A stretch of DNA of 63,059 nucleotides, filler included, from Octopus bimaculoides (taxonomy: Eukaryota), in assembly GCF_001194135.2 (NCBI RefSeq). It is 4 parts of 4 records of this genome, joined end to end, with 100 filler letters (N's around TTAATTAATTAA, not from the genome) between each part and the next. Parts side by side here need not be neighbours in the genome. Positions count along the whole stretch, not along the records: positions 27,137 to 49,642 come from NC_068986.1; 3 more parts are not named here. The stretch is one strand, 5' to 3'. The stretch's first letter is position 1. Each line of letters starts with the position of its first letter. Made by a program: the position numbers and the translations under genes. The notes below the pieces were generated by a model. That model had not been told where the DNA came from and made no database searches. It worked only from the letters and a program-made list of their open reading frames with translations. Below are positions 35,880 through 49,642 of this stretch, in pieces.

Positions 35880-36290
35880 GGTGTACTCCTAGATACACTA
35901 TGACACATCAGATAAATTAGTTTTAAATGCAATTATTCATATTACATGAGATAGTTTACTCTGTCACATAAGATAATGCAGTGCTACATGCACTATGACA
36001 CATTAGATGACAGTGCTAGATACATTGTGTCACATTAGATAACGTAATCCAGTATACGCTGTGGCATGTTAGATAATGTGGTTCTAGATACACTGTCACT
36101 TCAGGTAATGTAGCCGTAAACACATGTCACATTAGATAATGTAGTCCTAGTGCTAGATACACTGTGACATAAGATAATGTAGTACTAAATACACCACGTC
36201 ATACTAATGTAGTCCTAGACACACTATATCAGATTAAATAATGCAGTCATAGATACACGATGCCGGAATAATATAGTCCTGTGTACTGGA
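35880..36290. repeat. Degenerate about 33-bp minisatellite (CATTAGATAATGTAGTCCTAGATACACTGTGA)
   Basis: About 10 variants; contiguous with a family-D fragment at 35810-35900. Confidence 0.8.
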
Positions 36291-36369
36291 ATGGGCCTTT
36301 GATTATAAACCTGCTCAGAGCTTATCTGTCGTCAGAAACAGCAGCACCCTCCAATTACATACGCTTCTA

Positions 36370-36700
36370 ATTACTGGAGTCAGATCAGGGATCTCATCAC
36401 AGATTGATGAAACCTACTACTGGTACCATGTAAATCAGCACTACTTGTTTAATGGCCGGGTGGTCGGCGACTAAACTGGCTCCCCCACTTGAGTAGCTTG
36501 CTACTCTTGTGAGGAGGATGTCTGGACACCCAGCAGGGCTAAAATCAAAACTTGTCGAATGATAGGTGAGCTCCTTGTGAGCCAATGGCCATCCAGTTGG
36601 AGAAGGCCCTGGCAAACCACTCCAATATCTCTGCCTATAAAACCCTATGAGAAAGTCAGAACGAAGTAACACTACAGCTTCATCCAATGGGAGAACTTGC
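36370..36700 (+). mobile_element. RTE 5'-UTR-like (Bov-A-like motif) orphan fragment
   Basis: GGAGAAGGCCCTGGCAAACCACTCCAATATCTCTGCC resembles the BovB/Bov-A motif GGAGAAGGCAATGGCAACCCACTCCAGTATTCTTGCC; GGCGACTAA motif upstream. Confidence 0.6.
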
Positions 36701-37107
36701 GCTTAATTGAGATTTTCGTTGTAACGTCATCAACGCTCAGCAAAAGCGTACTATACATGACGACGACTAATTCCTACCTACAGTTCTACACCCATCCATT
36801 CTATATCTTACCTCTACCATTCTACATCCAGCCATGCTGTAGCCTACCATTCTATGTCCTACTATGCTACAACCAGTCATTCTATATCCTACAACTCGAA
36901 TTTTTCTACACTACGTCGTTCTCTACCCTATTGTCATACCTATTTACATTGCTCTAGTTCAATGAATATGTAACTACAATACTCTTGTGTCATCAGAGAC
37001 ACGTCGTATGTTTTTACGTGATGTGTCACTGAAATTTATAGACTTCCATACAAAATCGGGTTATTAAAAAAATGCTTATTTATAAACATTTACTCTATTC
37101 ACACGCC

Positions 37108-37172
37108 CAAGTTTATTCTGAAACAAGAATATTGTTTGTTGTCAAAAATATTCTTGTTTAAGAATAAACTTG
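37108..37172. repeat. 65-nt hairpin (26-bp stem, 25/26 match)
   Basis: CAAGTTTATTCTGAAACAAGAATATT / AATATTCTTGTTTAAGAATAAACTTG. Confidence 0.9.
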
Positions 37173-37730
37173 CACTCAACCAAGGTAAGGATGGTGGTTT
37201 TCGTTGAACACTTTGAAGGGCAAAAACGAAAACTAGTCAAAGGGCAGATGAACTGAGTAGACTTAGACACCATCCAACAGCTGGAAATGGAAGGCCTCTA
37301 TTCTTTGTTTGGACATTTCCAAAATAACCCCCGCCTCATTGCGAAGCCAATCATGTCCTTGCTTGTTTGTGGACTACTTGAGTGTGTAAGTGAGAGTGTT
37401 AGTGATGTCACGAAAGCAGTTATTGACTTTAAATTTAAGCACGGGCATTGCTGACAGCCATTATCCTTAACACATAAGATTAAATGATTTGTTAGTGATG
37501 TCAATACTCGTCTATGAGTTAACAGTAATTACGCATGTATGTGTGTATGACTGTATGTATGTATGGATGGATGGATGGATGGATGGATGGATGTAGTGTA
37601 TGCATGCGAATGTGTATGTGAACGAGTACATACGTACATACAAACATATACGAATGAAAGATTGTACGGTTAAGTCGATACTATATAACTGCATAATTAT
37701 CGTCGAAACCACCGGAGGTCCTTTTACTTT

Positions 37731-37778
<48 letters not shown>

Positions 37779-37812
37779 AGTGTGTGTGTGTCTGTGGTGT
37801 ATGCATATATAA

Positions 37813-37859
<47 letters not shown>

Positions 37860-38032
37860 TACATATATACATGTAAGTATGTATGTATACGTATATACAT
37901 ANNNNNNNNNNNNNNNNNNNNNNNNNNNNNNNNNNNNNNNNNNNNNNNNNNNNNNNNNNNNNNNNNNNNNNNNNNNNNNNNNNNNNNNNNNNNNNNNNNN
38001 NNNNNNNNNNNNNNNNNNNNTATATATGTATG

Positions 38033-38069
<37 letters not shown>

Positions 38070-39321
38070 GCACAGTTACATATATGTAAATTTATATTTA
38101 TTTATACACATGACTATATGTTACTTAGAAATGTGTGCATGTATTGTAATCAATCATGAGGTTGTTTAAATGGTGGTGACCTGAAGATAACCGAGTATAT
38201 AACAAAGAGGAATAGATATATAAATAAAATTCGTGAGATGAATACGATGTTTTCTTTTTTTTCTTCTTTCTTTTATTTATTTATTATTATATTTTATTGT
38301 CATGTATATGAATGGGAAAATGTTAGCATAGCGAATAAAAGTTTCTTAGATTGCATATATGCATGTGAATAGTCAAATATGAAATGCAGTGAAGCGTGAA
38401 GAAGAAAAAAATCCCTATAAATGTTTAACAAAAAAATACAGCGACCTATATAGCTACAATAATTGTTCCAAGGTGAAACTATTTATGAGAAAGCTAGACA
38501 ATAGATGTGATATGTCTTTGCCTGTGGACTGGACATGCTTGGTCAGCCTTGCGATAACTCATTGATCAATATATAACTATATAATTATATAAAGAAGAGG
38601 AAAACGTTTGAATGAGATACGTTCTTTTGTTGCAGACATGTCACACACAAACAGCCCGACTGATTCACATGCATGTCTGGTTGTGTGAACGTATGTACAA
38701 ACGTACGTATGTATCAACGTATGTATATCTGAATGTACATAATAATATGAGTATATGTTTATATGTATGCATGCATGCATGTATGTATGTATGCATGCAT
38801 GTATGTGTAGATAGATAGATAGAAAGACAGACATGCAGACATGCATACATACAGACAGATAGACAGACATACAGACAGATAGCTAGATAGATAAGTATAT
38901 AGAAAGATATATACACTCTTATTGATAGACACACTCGTGCACACGCTTACAAATATACACTCACGCATGCATTCATTCACATATACTCACATGTACATAT
39001 ATATAAATATATATTTTCGTGTGTGTGTGTGTGTGTGTGTGTGCGACGCGCGCAGACACACACACACAGAATGAGAGAGAGAGAGGAGAGAAATGGGGAC
39101 AAACAGGCGCTGACACATGTAGACATGCATACATACACACATAAATACAAAAGAAATCCTGATTCGACTAGTTGTTAGATGTTGAAATCCATCTACATCT
39201 GTATATCTGTACCACTGAAAATAGTTTCTACGTCAAAAAATGTTACTATCAGAAGACAGTCTGCATAATTCATAAAGAAAACACGAGTGGTATGTAATAC
39301 TTTTATCGTGATCTGTTCACA

Positions 39322-39520
39322 TACCGTATTTTCCGGCATACAAGTCGAATTTTTCAAACCAAAATTTACAGCCAAAAGGTACGTCGACTTATACACCACA
39401 ATGACTAGGAGGGCCATTTGAAATGCAGCAGGATTTGTAAAGATAGTAACGTTGTTTCAATGTTTACATCATATGTTTACACTTCAAAATGCGTCGACTT
39501 GTCTGCCGGAAAATACAATA
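39322..39520. mobile_element. Tc2/pogo-like MITE (about 197 bp)
   Basis: TA-CCGTATTTTCCGGCATACAAGTCGA / TCGACTTGTCTGCCGGAAAATACAA-TA. Confidence 0.8.
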
Positions 39521-39984
39521 GGTGCAGGATAGAGCAAATGTATCCTCTGAACAACGCTTTTCCATCAATAATCACGTAACTTCTATTAATTCTGTTAAAC
39601 CTGAAACCGGATTTACACGTTGTTTGCTGTTCATGGACATTTTTAGCCTATGAGGGAGTGTTTATGCATAATTGATCGATTTGTTAGAAATAGCAACCAA
39701 ATCTTCTAATCACACTCTATCATATTAAGGAACGTAGGACAATGTAATATCTGATACACAAAAGAATTAGATGATCACGGCCAGAATGTTGTTGATCATA
39801 AATTTAATTTAAATATGGCTGACCTGGGGTTTCAGAACGACAGTAACTGATTTATATTCCTGTTAAGTGTGAACAACACATGATGAAGGTCGATTTAAAC
39901 AAGACTGTAATTCACTAAATACCCAACGGATAGCTGTTAGTTAATGATGCAATAGCAGTGATAGTAGCATTACCAGATAGTCAT

Positions 39985-40625
39985 TTGTGCTTTGTCTTTT
40001 ATACTTGTTTCAGTCTGTGGACTGCAGCTATGCTGGAAATCACCTTCAAAGGATTTAGTCGAACAAATCGATGACAGTACATATTTTATCGGTTTCTATC
40101 ACCGAATAGTTAACTGAAGGGACTGCAAATGATTGTCAAGCGGGATGGAGGAAGGCAAACACAGGACACAAAGACACACTCACGCAATTGCATTCACATA
40201 TGCAGGAGGTTTCCACACAGTTTCTCTCTACCAAATTTATTTACAAGGTATTGGTCCGGCCGAGACTATAATAGAAGACATTAGCCCAAGTTTCCGTGCA
40301 TTGGAACCGGACCCGAAAGTACGTCATTGCAAAATAAACCCCCTGCACCTATACAGAGATTCGCGTATTCATTATTATATCTGATTAGTCCCTGAGAAAA
40401 ATCGCTTATCTAAAAGAAAATGGCGTCACTTTTTGAGAACATTACCTTCCATATAAAACTCCCTATTTCTTGGGAGAGGGGAGGTCGATTACATTGACTC
40501 CAGTACTCAATTGATACTTACTTTATCGAAAGGATGAAAGGTAAAGTCAATCTCGGCGTAAAATGGACGAAATGCTATTAAGCATTTTGCCCGGCGTGCA
40601 AACGATCCAACCAGCTCACTATCTT
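39985..40625 (-). mobile_element. Decayed SINE B (39985-40345) and SINE A (40470-40625)
   Basis: Reverse-complement family motifs, diverged. Confidence 0.7.
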
Positions 40626-42126
40626 AAATGTTTCAGAAATATTAGAAATACTGAATGATTCTTTCGAAGGATCTACAGACCTTGGAAATAAGTAATACTG
40701 CAGGTGGATATTGAGTACGAATCATGTCAGAGAAACATGATTGCCGCAAAAATAATATCCGGACTCCCCAAGTGGTGCACTGCATAAAACCCAGATTCCA
40801 ATGTGTCCCACTGCACAAGAAGTTTGATGCTTTAGAATTTAGAGATTTCTCTCCAGTCACTTTTGTATGATTTTCAACTTGAAGAGCAGAATTATAGAAT
40901 CTTTCGTGCTTATTTCCAAGGCACGAGCTCGATTTACGACAAAAGCCAAAGCTAGAGCTTTGTTTCTCAGTTGCCTGGTTCATATACAGACAGAAGAGAT
41001 TCGCGAATATATATTCGTCACTGTATGTGCTGGCGATGGTGCTTTTACAGTCTGAACTGGTGAAGCTTTATTACATATCTGTCAACAGATTAATGCGTAT
41101 GATCTCCAATGGTCAAATTATCAAAATCTACCCAAATTAGACTGAGAGAATTCACATTGCTAGACAGAAATGAGATGTGCTTGCTATCAGGATGTGTTCA
41201 ACAAATTGAATCCATACAAATATATACAGAGAAAACCATGTTCAGGCTGGAAGTGTACTGGTTAAATTTATAAATAACTGGATCTAATTAATGGAGTTTA
41301 GCATGACGTCGGAGTTATCTATGTGCTCTTTGAAGGTCTTCAATACTGGAATACGAATCCGAGACCGAAGCTACGATATTTTGAACATATTGCCTTTTAA
41401 TGTAATGCACGAAGAGTTTACTTTGAAAGTAGGTTCACATTTACAGTAACATATAGGAAGTGTGTTATTCCCGGTGAGGAAGTTAAACAAATTAATGCTT
41501 TTTTTTTCCATCGATATATTAGCTAAAGAGAATTTTAGAAGTTGCTAAATACAATACACAGAACATAATGTGCTTCAAAATGCATAAAAGTAGGACGTGT
41601 ATTAACTTATTAGACATTTTCCTATCTTAGATAATCACAAGCAAAAACATAAATCAACGACTTACGAAAAGATAAATATTTTCTGAATGAAATCATCAAA
41701 TATAAGATTGTATTTGTGTAACAACTAATAAATTTTACCTACGAACGAAGGTAAAAGAATAATCAGACTGGGAGTACGGAAGTTAAACCCATTTGAGAGA
41801 AATTATTAAGATTGATGAAGGATCAACGAAAAGTTAATCAAAGAAGCAATTAGTGTCCCAGTTGGAAACAAATAGAATTGTTTTCGGTGGTTGTTAGGAA
41901 ATTACTAATTTTACCATTCTCATTAGTGTTACTCGCTCTATTAAGGGACCTCGTGCTCTGAAATAAGATATTTCCTTAACGGATTTATCGCCTGTTCTTA
42001 ATTACAGAGAATTTCGTAAGAAATTCATCGACACACACATAATCATAGTCGTACACACGCATAACATACTTTTACACACAGGCATACAAACACACATATG
42101 TATATGTACATTTATGCGTATATACA

Positions 42127-42161
<35 letters not shown>

Positions 42162-42328
42162 GTATGTATGTATATATATATATATATATANNNNNNNNNN
42201 NNNNNNNNNNNNNNNNNNNNNNNNNNNNNNNNNNNNNNNNNNNNNNNNNNNNNNNNNNNNNNNNNNNNNNNNNNNNNNNNNNNNNNNNNNNNNNNNNNAT
42301 AGAGAGATAGATAGATAGACAGATAGAC

Positions 42329-42391
<63 letters not shown>

Positions 42392-43929
42392 CAGATATAT
42401 AGATTTATAACTTTTTTCAAAGTACTTTAGAGTTGCAGTTAAAGCAAATTAACTTCAACCTGGAATCGAAACATCTCATGGTATCATTTCGAGTGAATCT
42501 AGCATATTTTATGATACTCGAAACACGAAAAAGTATTTATTGATTTTTTTTCGCAATACCTAGTTTTGAAAAGATCTTTAGTCTCACTTCCTGTCAGCAA
42601 GTTTTCGTCCTGGAGTCCCTTCCTGTAAGTACTTCTGTCTTAGTTTTACTTCCTGTCAGTACTTGTGCTGTCCTGATCTCATTTCATCAGATACTTGTTC
42701 TTGCTTAGTGTCACTTACTTTCAATACTTGTGCTCTCTTGGTATTTTCAGTATTTTCTTTCGCCCGGTTTCATTTCCTATAAGTCCATTCTCAAACCTGC
42801 TCCCACTTTGTGTATCGTACTTTCTATATCTTGGATTGTCTCTTTTCCTATCAAATCTATATTTTCTTCTCTCACTTCCTATTAATCAGTTTTCTTTCCT
42901 TGTCTCATTTGCTGTCAATCCTTGCTTTATTCTGCTGTCATATCTCTCCATTTTTTTCTGTCTTAATTTCAAAATTTGCCTGTTCTTCCTCTCTCATAGT
43001 CTCATTTACTACCAGTGTTTTTTTTTATTTTACTTTAGTTTTCTTCTTTTCAATCCGGCTCCCTCATCCTGTCAGCTCCGTTTCTATCCTGCAGTAATTT
43101 TCTGTCATTTCTTAATCCCTGCAAACCGTATTTCAAACATTGCTCTCTATTTTCATACATTTGTTTGTTCTTCTCTGTCTATGTTGCAGAACAGTTTTCT
43201 TACCTAATCATAGTTACACATATATAACCGAGAAGACTGTGTTTTTGTGGCGTTCATGGTTTTCTGGAGGAGACTACTGAAGTTTATATAATGGAACGGT
43301 TTCCGTTTGGAATCGAACTATATCGCTCTAATTTGTTGGCAGTTTACTTTTTCTCGACTTCGCTACATTAACTATATCGAACGTATTTCGTAACACATTT
43401 CTGAAAATAACATCACTTATATAACATATATTATCTTAATTACTATTACTTATATTTCTAGAATATTCTACACATTTTCATTGTATTTTCAAATAAATCG
43501 ATATTGAGGGGAACACTATCAGAAAAGTTATCCTATTTCCTGTTCAATCTACCTGATGGCGTTTTATTTATCAATACAGCTACAAACGTCACCTCCTTTC
43601 AAGACATAAGAAGAAAAGCTAGATTATTTCCAATAGTAAGCTAGCGTATTATATATCTTTGGTGTGATGGAACAGTGTTTTGTGGAAATAATGGAATATT
43701 GGAAGAAATAAATAACGTCTTGAGATAAAAAGCTACATTTTCTACACGTATGACAATATTTTAAATTACTCCTAGTATAACTTGTATAACACTACACTAC
43801 ATTGTACAGTACTGTATCACACTGCACAATGTGCTAAATTACACATCACTACATCAAACAGTAATACGATATACTATACTGCGCCACGCTACAATATACA
43901 CCGATATAATACACTAAGAGTACGTTATA

Positions 43930-44104
43930 GGCACTACTGTGCTTGTGTGGTAAGAAGCTTGCTTCCCAACGATGTGTCCTTGGGTTCAGTCCCACTGCAC
44001 GGCACCTTGAGTGAATGTCTTGTACTATAGCTCCGGGCCGACCAAAGCCTTGTGAATGGAGATGATAGACGGAAACTGAAAGAAGCCCGTTGTGTGTGTG
44101 TGTG

Positions 44105-44157
<53 letters not shown>

Positions 44158-44400
44158 TGTGTGTGTGTGTGTGCGTGTGTCCTCGTGCTTGTGTTTGTCC
44201 TCTACTACTGCTTGACAACTGGTATTGGTTTGTTTACGCCTCCATAACCTAGCGGTTCGGCAAAAAGTGATCCATAAAATAAGTACCAGGCTTTGCAAAA
44301 AAATAAATACTGGGAACGATTCCTTCGACTAAACCCTTCAAGGCAGTGCCCCAGTAAGACCGTAGTTCAAAAACTAGAACTAAAGATAAGAGATAAAATG
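43930..44400 (+). mobile_element. SINE family B with (TG)n core
   Basis: Family-B motifs. Confidence 0.88.
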
Positions 44401-45030
44401 TAAAAGACCTAGTAAATTGCACATCACCACATTACACAATATTACGAAAGGGCCATTACACGGTCGTTCGACATGATAGAAATAGCAGACAAACGACCCT
44501 CAACTCACACTCTATCATCTTAAAAAAAGGAAGGACAAATTAGACAATGTAGTCATTCGTATACGCAATAATAGGATGGTCACAACTGGAACTTCTTTAA
44601 TCATAAATCTCGATTCGAGCAAACCTGTGGCTAAACAACATCTATAACAACAACACTACACTAATCTGTACTGCACTACGATATACTTCACTGCAAGCAA
44701 CCAAACTATATCACACTAGACTATGAGTTACCATACCAACCACACTACATAGTGGACTGGCATACGACGTCATACTACCCTATAAACTATAATATTAACC
44801 ACACTACACTATGGACTACGATACTATTCCACACTACACTATACAACTACCACATTACACTATACAACTGCCACACTACACTACCCTATGGACTACCATA
44901 CTGTACCACAAAACACTATGAACTACAGTTCTATACGCACTACAATATGACTTACTGTACTATGTGTGTATAAAAGCAAACAAACAAATATTTGCTTGTT
45001 TGTTTTTATTAGAAGCGTCGAAATGTCTGT

Positions 45031-45248
45031 TGTACGAAACAAATAAGATGATATATTTTCGAACTTAGACTTGTCGTTAGAACAGCACAATTACTGGATA
45101 GATTACCCTTACGAGGCAGAAAAATTTGTCAACAGCCAGCCATGGCAAATTTTTCCGCCTTCTAGGAGCAATTTACCCAGTATTTCTGCTGTTCTAACGG
45201 CAACTCTGCGTTCAGAAAAAAACATCATCTTCTTACTAGTATCGTACA
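45031..45248. mobile_element. 218-bp fold-back (MITE-like) element
   Basis: Ordered complements: AAGATGAT/ATCATCTT, GTTAGAACAGCA/TGCTGTTCTAAC, GAAAAATTTG/CAAATTTTTC; centre near 45135. Confidence 0.8.
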
Positions 45249-45699
45249 TTACTGTGTTGTATTATACAACATCCACTATACTAGCATGCTATACTATAAC
45301 GTACTACACTATAAACCCTTGAACTATACCAGACAACACTATGAACTCTAATAGTATACTACACTACACTACGAAGTACTTTACTATACTATCCTACACT
45401 GCACCATTAACTAAATACTATAACACATTATACTATGAACCACCATGCTATACCTCACTACTCTATGATCGCTATAAACACATGTCATGCATCAGTAGTT
45501 GATGTATAGCTGTAACAAACGCCTTAAAGTTTGAGTTTCACTGTTGATTATTAGTGAACGGTGAAGTCAATCGTGACCAGATCAAAGCTTCAATTTCAGA
45601 ATAAAGTCGGAATTTGAAAAGCTGACAATACCATCACCATTTCTTTTATTTCCATTAATCTTTATACGCCAACAACTTTGTAACATCAATATGTTATTT

Positions 45700-46080
45700 T
45701 ATGGTGACAAACGCTCAAAACAGTGTCATATGAATATGTAGTTACTTAGCTACTGTAACACCAATAACAGTGTCACATCAATATATTGTTACGTAGTGAC
45801 TGTCAAAGCTGTGTCATACCAATATGTAGTTATATAAATACTACAATACCAACAAGAGCGTCACTTCAATATATAGTTGCATAAAGATTGTAACTCCGAC
45901 AGCATTTTCATATAAATATGTTGTTACATAATTGCTGTAACCCCATCAACAGTGTCACATCAATATATTGTCACATTGTGGCTGCAACACCAACATTGTC
46001 ATATCTGTAACACCAATAACCGCGTTACATTAATATATTGTCAGGTAACTTCTGTAGCGCCAACAACAGTTTCACATCGA
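45700..46080. repeat. Degenerate about 47-bp minisatellite (CTGTAACACCAACAACAGTGTCACATCAATATATTGTTAC...)
   Basis: About 7 variants seen. Confidence 0.75.
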
Positions 46081-48125
46081 TAGCAATTTAACATTGCTTC
46101 AGTTTCTTCGTGTAAGAAAATACTTTTTCTATGTTTTTCACGTTTAAGAGAGAGTTCTTTTGCCTTAATGATAAGAATGTGGCGCCAACAACGAATCAAT
46201 ATGCTGCAGAATCTATTTCCAAATAAACAACAGTAAACTAACAGCTGCTTCAGATAGACTTTGACGTATTGAATGACGTAAAGAATTGAAATTTTCTTTT
46301 TAGTTGAAGAAGAAAGAAAAACCTATTGCTTAACTTATATGGTTAACCACTCTCAAAGAAAATAATAAGTATGTTTCACACATTAAGAATTATTTCCACA
46401 GGAAATTTAACTTTCGACCTCAGTCGGAAGAGATTTGAACACTATTAGCAGGCAAGGCGACAGATATGTTCATGTATCTGTTTTATGACATCGCATCAAC
46501 GAAGCATAATCTTCTTGAACCTGTTTTCGCTTGTGAACAGACTTTTACACAGAGAAAAGAGTTCAAACTTAATTTAAATTCTGAGTTTAAATCTTGACTG
46601 GTTGTCAACTGTGATTTTCTGATCCTAAGTCGATAAAATATTTTCTTACTCCAACTAAGAGGCAAATTCCAAATAATCAAGATTTTTTTTGTCTACGACA
46701 TTCAGTATACGACCACACCTACGTGAATTACCTGAAGATGTGTCATTGGCTTAGGTGAGTTTCCCTTAGCTCAGGTTTTATAATTATGCAAATTATACTG
46801 GCAAAAAGCAGGCTACAAAAGGCAAAATAATAAGGTCTGATAAGGCCGAAACATATGCGGAACTGTCACTTTTATTTTTAGTCCCTATTTCTCATCCTTG
46901 AATCTGTTGGTTTACGTTCAGAAACATTCCAATCATAACCATCCCATCTTTTTAGCGATGTTGGCTTCCATAGAGCAATGACCCTGTAGGATATGATTTG
47001 AGAGAATGTGATTGCTATTATTTCTAGCGACCGTGTGTTCACACAGGGCAGTCAAGGGCAACCTGCAGCCCACTGAACTTTCTGAATGGCACGCCTAACG
47101 AAATATTACCCCGAATTTTTTTAGTATTGTAGCCCACCTGATGATGAGGCCCACTTCTCGAAAAGGATTGTCTCATACCTAACTTAGAGCGTGGCTCATA
47201 ATTTTTTCGCAGATGATACCCAACGCTTATCAGAGAGATCGGTAACAGGACAGGAGGACTAGAGTACCTAATCTTACAAGCATTCACAGTAGAAATCAAT
47301 AAACCACACAGTTTTCGTCCTTATTGTACCGAGCGCTTCGTATTATCTTTCTAGCTATCGGACATAAATAAAAAAAAAACTCTAAAAGAAGCCATTTTCT
47401 TTACTTTTGCTAGTGATAAATGACAAAACTATCTCAACGAAGACCTCGCCCTACATGGATGAGATTACCTGCAAGGAACTTCAAATTTAATCTAAGAATT
47501 CTAATCACATACAGATATATCTCTGAAATTATCAGCCAGAAAAGAAAATGGAAATGGTCTTATCGTTATTTTTTGTTTTGACTTATTTATTTAAATGAGT
47601 TTCAGAGTTAACTTTCTTTCCCCCATTTCTTTCCCGCTCTCCTCCCAGGCAATCAAGGTTGACTCTGCCATTAATTCCGTTCTGCTTATGTTAATTCCAA
47701 AGAGATAAGAATTAACTATGAGTTTACTGCATTATTTATTTGGTAAAAAAAAAACACGATCATTTCAACTTTCTCATTCATCGTCGCTAGAAATTCAGAA
47801 AATAACCATTTTGGCCTCTGTGACTATCTACAGGTGGCGCTTTTGTCGCATAATCTTTAATATTAGATATTATTGTTTTATAAATATTTTCTCATTTTCT
47901 ATACACACACATGTGCACACGGACTGTGTTCACAAAAATCCCTATATAGGCCTCTGATCAATCTTCTACCTACAGGAACTCGTAGACTTCAGTCTGTTGA
48001 GAAATCCAAGAACAACATGTTAGAAATCGTCCATGAACTCATTACCGACCCATTCTCATTCCAAATTGTAAGAAATTTTAACTAAGCATCCCTGGATATT
48101 TTCCCTGTCATTCTTGTGTGTCTGT

Positions 48126-48194
<69 letters not shown>

Positions 48195-48195
<1 letters not shown>

Positions 48196-48785
48196 GTATG
48201 ATACATACGATCGCATGATCGTGGTTTCGATTCCCGGACCGGCTGAGCAAAACACTCCATTTCACGATGCTCCAGTCCATTCAGTTTCTAAATAGAGGAT
48301 AATCTTGTGACAGATTGGCGAACAAGTGTGAGATGGTGACTCAGGAAATTCACCCGAACGGAAATCTCGCGAGCCACGTTTTCTATTCAGCAACCGAAAG
48401 GAGGAAAAGTACAACCCGCGTTGTATATCTCGACTGCTTGGAATTGGTGGTTCAACCACGTCGAAGGTGAACGAATGAATATCCCTTTAACGTTGACTGT
48501 CGAGAAAAAGATTACTCAATTTCATGGTAAAGATTAATTAATTTGGTATAAGTGTGATCACAAAATAGTTGGCTGTTGGTACTGCGTAGATATAAGTGTG
48601 GTTTAGGGACAGCAGGTCATAGTTGTTTTACAGGTAATTAAAGAGAGCTTGTTAGAATTGTTAGCATAACGTTCTGAGTTCAAATTCATTCGAGGTTGAC
48701 TTTGCCTTTCATCCTTTCTGGGTCGATACAATAAGTACCAGTTGAACACTGCGGTCGATGTAATCGACTTAACTATTCCTGGGTA
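48195..48785 (+). mobile_element. Decayed tRNA-SINE remnant (48195-48350) and family-A SINE (48640-48785)
   Basis: GTGGTTTCGATTCCCGGACC head remnant; family-A body. Confidence 0.65.
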
Positions 48786-49610
48786 AGAGTATAAAAACTG
48801 CACCCCTCCACGAAGTCATGTCGAGCCAGCGTGGTAGAGTAAGCTCATCAAACCAGTATGATTTCAAGCTCAAATTCACAGCCTCCACATCAGATCGTAG
48901 TTGGTGGAGAGGACAGGTTGTTGACTGAACATAGGCAATCCAATCCAGTCATGTAGGCATTAGTGTGACAGTGTTGTCTAGGAGTAGTTGGTTATGGTTG
49001 CTATGTAGTGGTCAGTTAACCAATGTGGTATTATAGTTTCATGAAATGTCCTCTTGAACCTTTTGTCGATTTTGGCTGGCAAGGTGAAATGTGAAACTTC
49101 TTGAGTCTCTGTTACGTGTAGTTATACAATCACCAGCATATAACCACATATATAGAAACATTTAAATTGCACTCATCTATGTATAAATTTGAACATTTAT
49201 TTACATTAATGATCTCAAGTAATTAAGAAAAGTTTTATGTAGTGGCCCCTTAACACTGGAATATTTCAGTTCATTTTAAAAGAACCAAGAGATTACAAAG
49301 GGGACAGTCACATATTATAAATATTGAAGTATCTTTCACCTTGGGATGAGGGGTTAATAAACTACAGCCGTCACTCATTAATAAGGTAATATACATAATA
49401 TGCAGACTACTGTTGTGGCTTCTAAGAAAAATCGATCCATAATAAAGTGAAATCTACCAATAATGTTATTCCTATTTGTTAGACTTTACGGAAGTGATGT
49501 TATCATTGTGCTTTGCTTATTTTGATGGTTTCAGTTGGTAGTCTGCGGTCACGCTGGGGCATCGCCTTCAAGTGTTTAGTCTACTATATCGACACCAGTA
49601 CCACTATATA

Positions 49611-49642
<32 letters not shown>

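Larger units (their letters stand above)
43780..45480. repeat. Degenerate (ACTAC/ACACT)n pentamer tracts (43780-43920, 44650-44960, 45250-45480)
   Basis: Seen directly. Confidence 0.75.

Noticed and set aside
40640-41340. Possible decayed LINE ORF (DFSPVT, NYRIF fragments)
   Set aside because: The motifs are not colinear in a consistent clade pattern.
42585-42660. Three CTTCCTGT (ETS-like) motifs
   Set aside because: They lie in a low-complexity pyrimidine-rich short repeat, with no independent support.
46837-46860. CTGATAAGGCCGAAACATATG hammerhead-like string
   Set aside because: G8 is missing, helix II is collapsed and there is no helix I; at best a decayed relic.
47040-47300. Protein-like stretch YYPEFF...RIVSYLT...NFFADDTQRL
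   Set aside because: Multiple stops and no recognisable family; needs tBLASTx.
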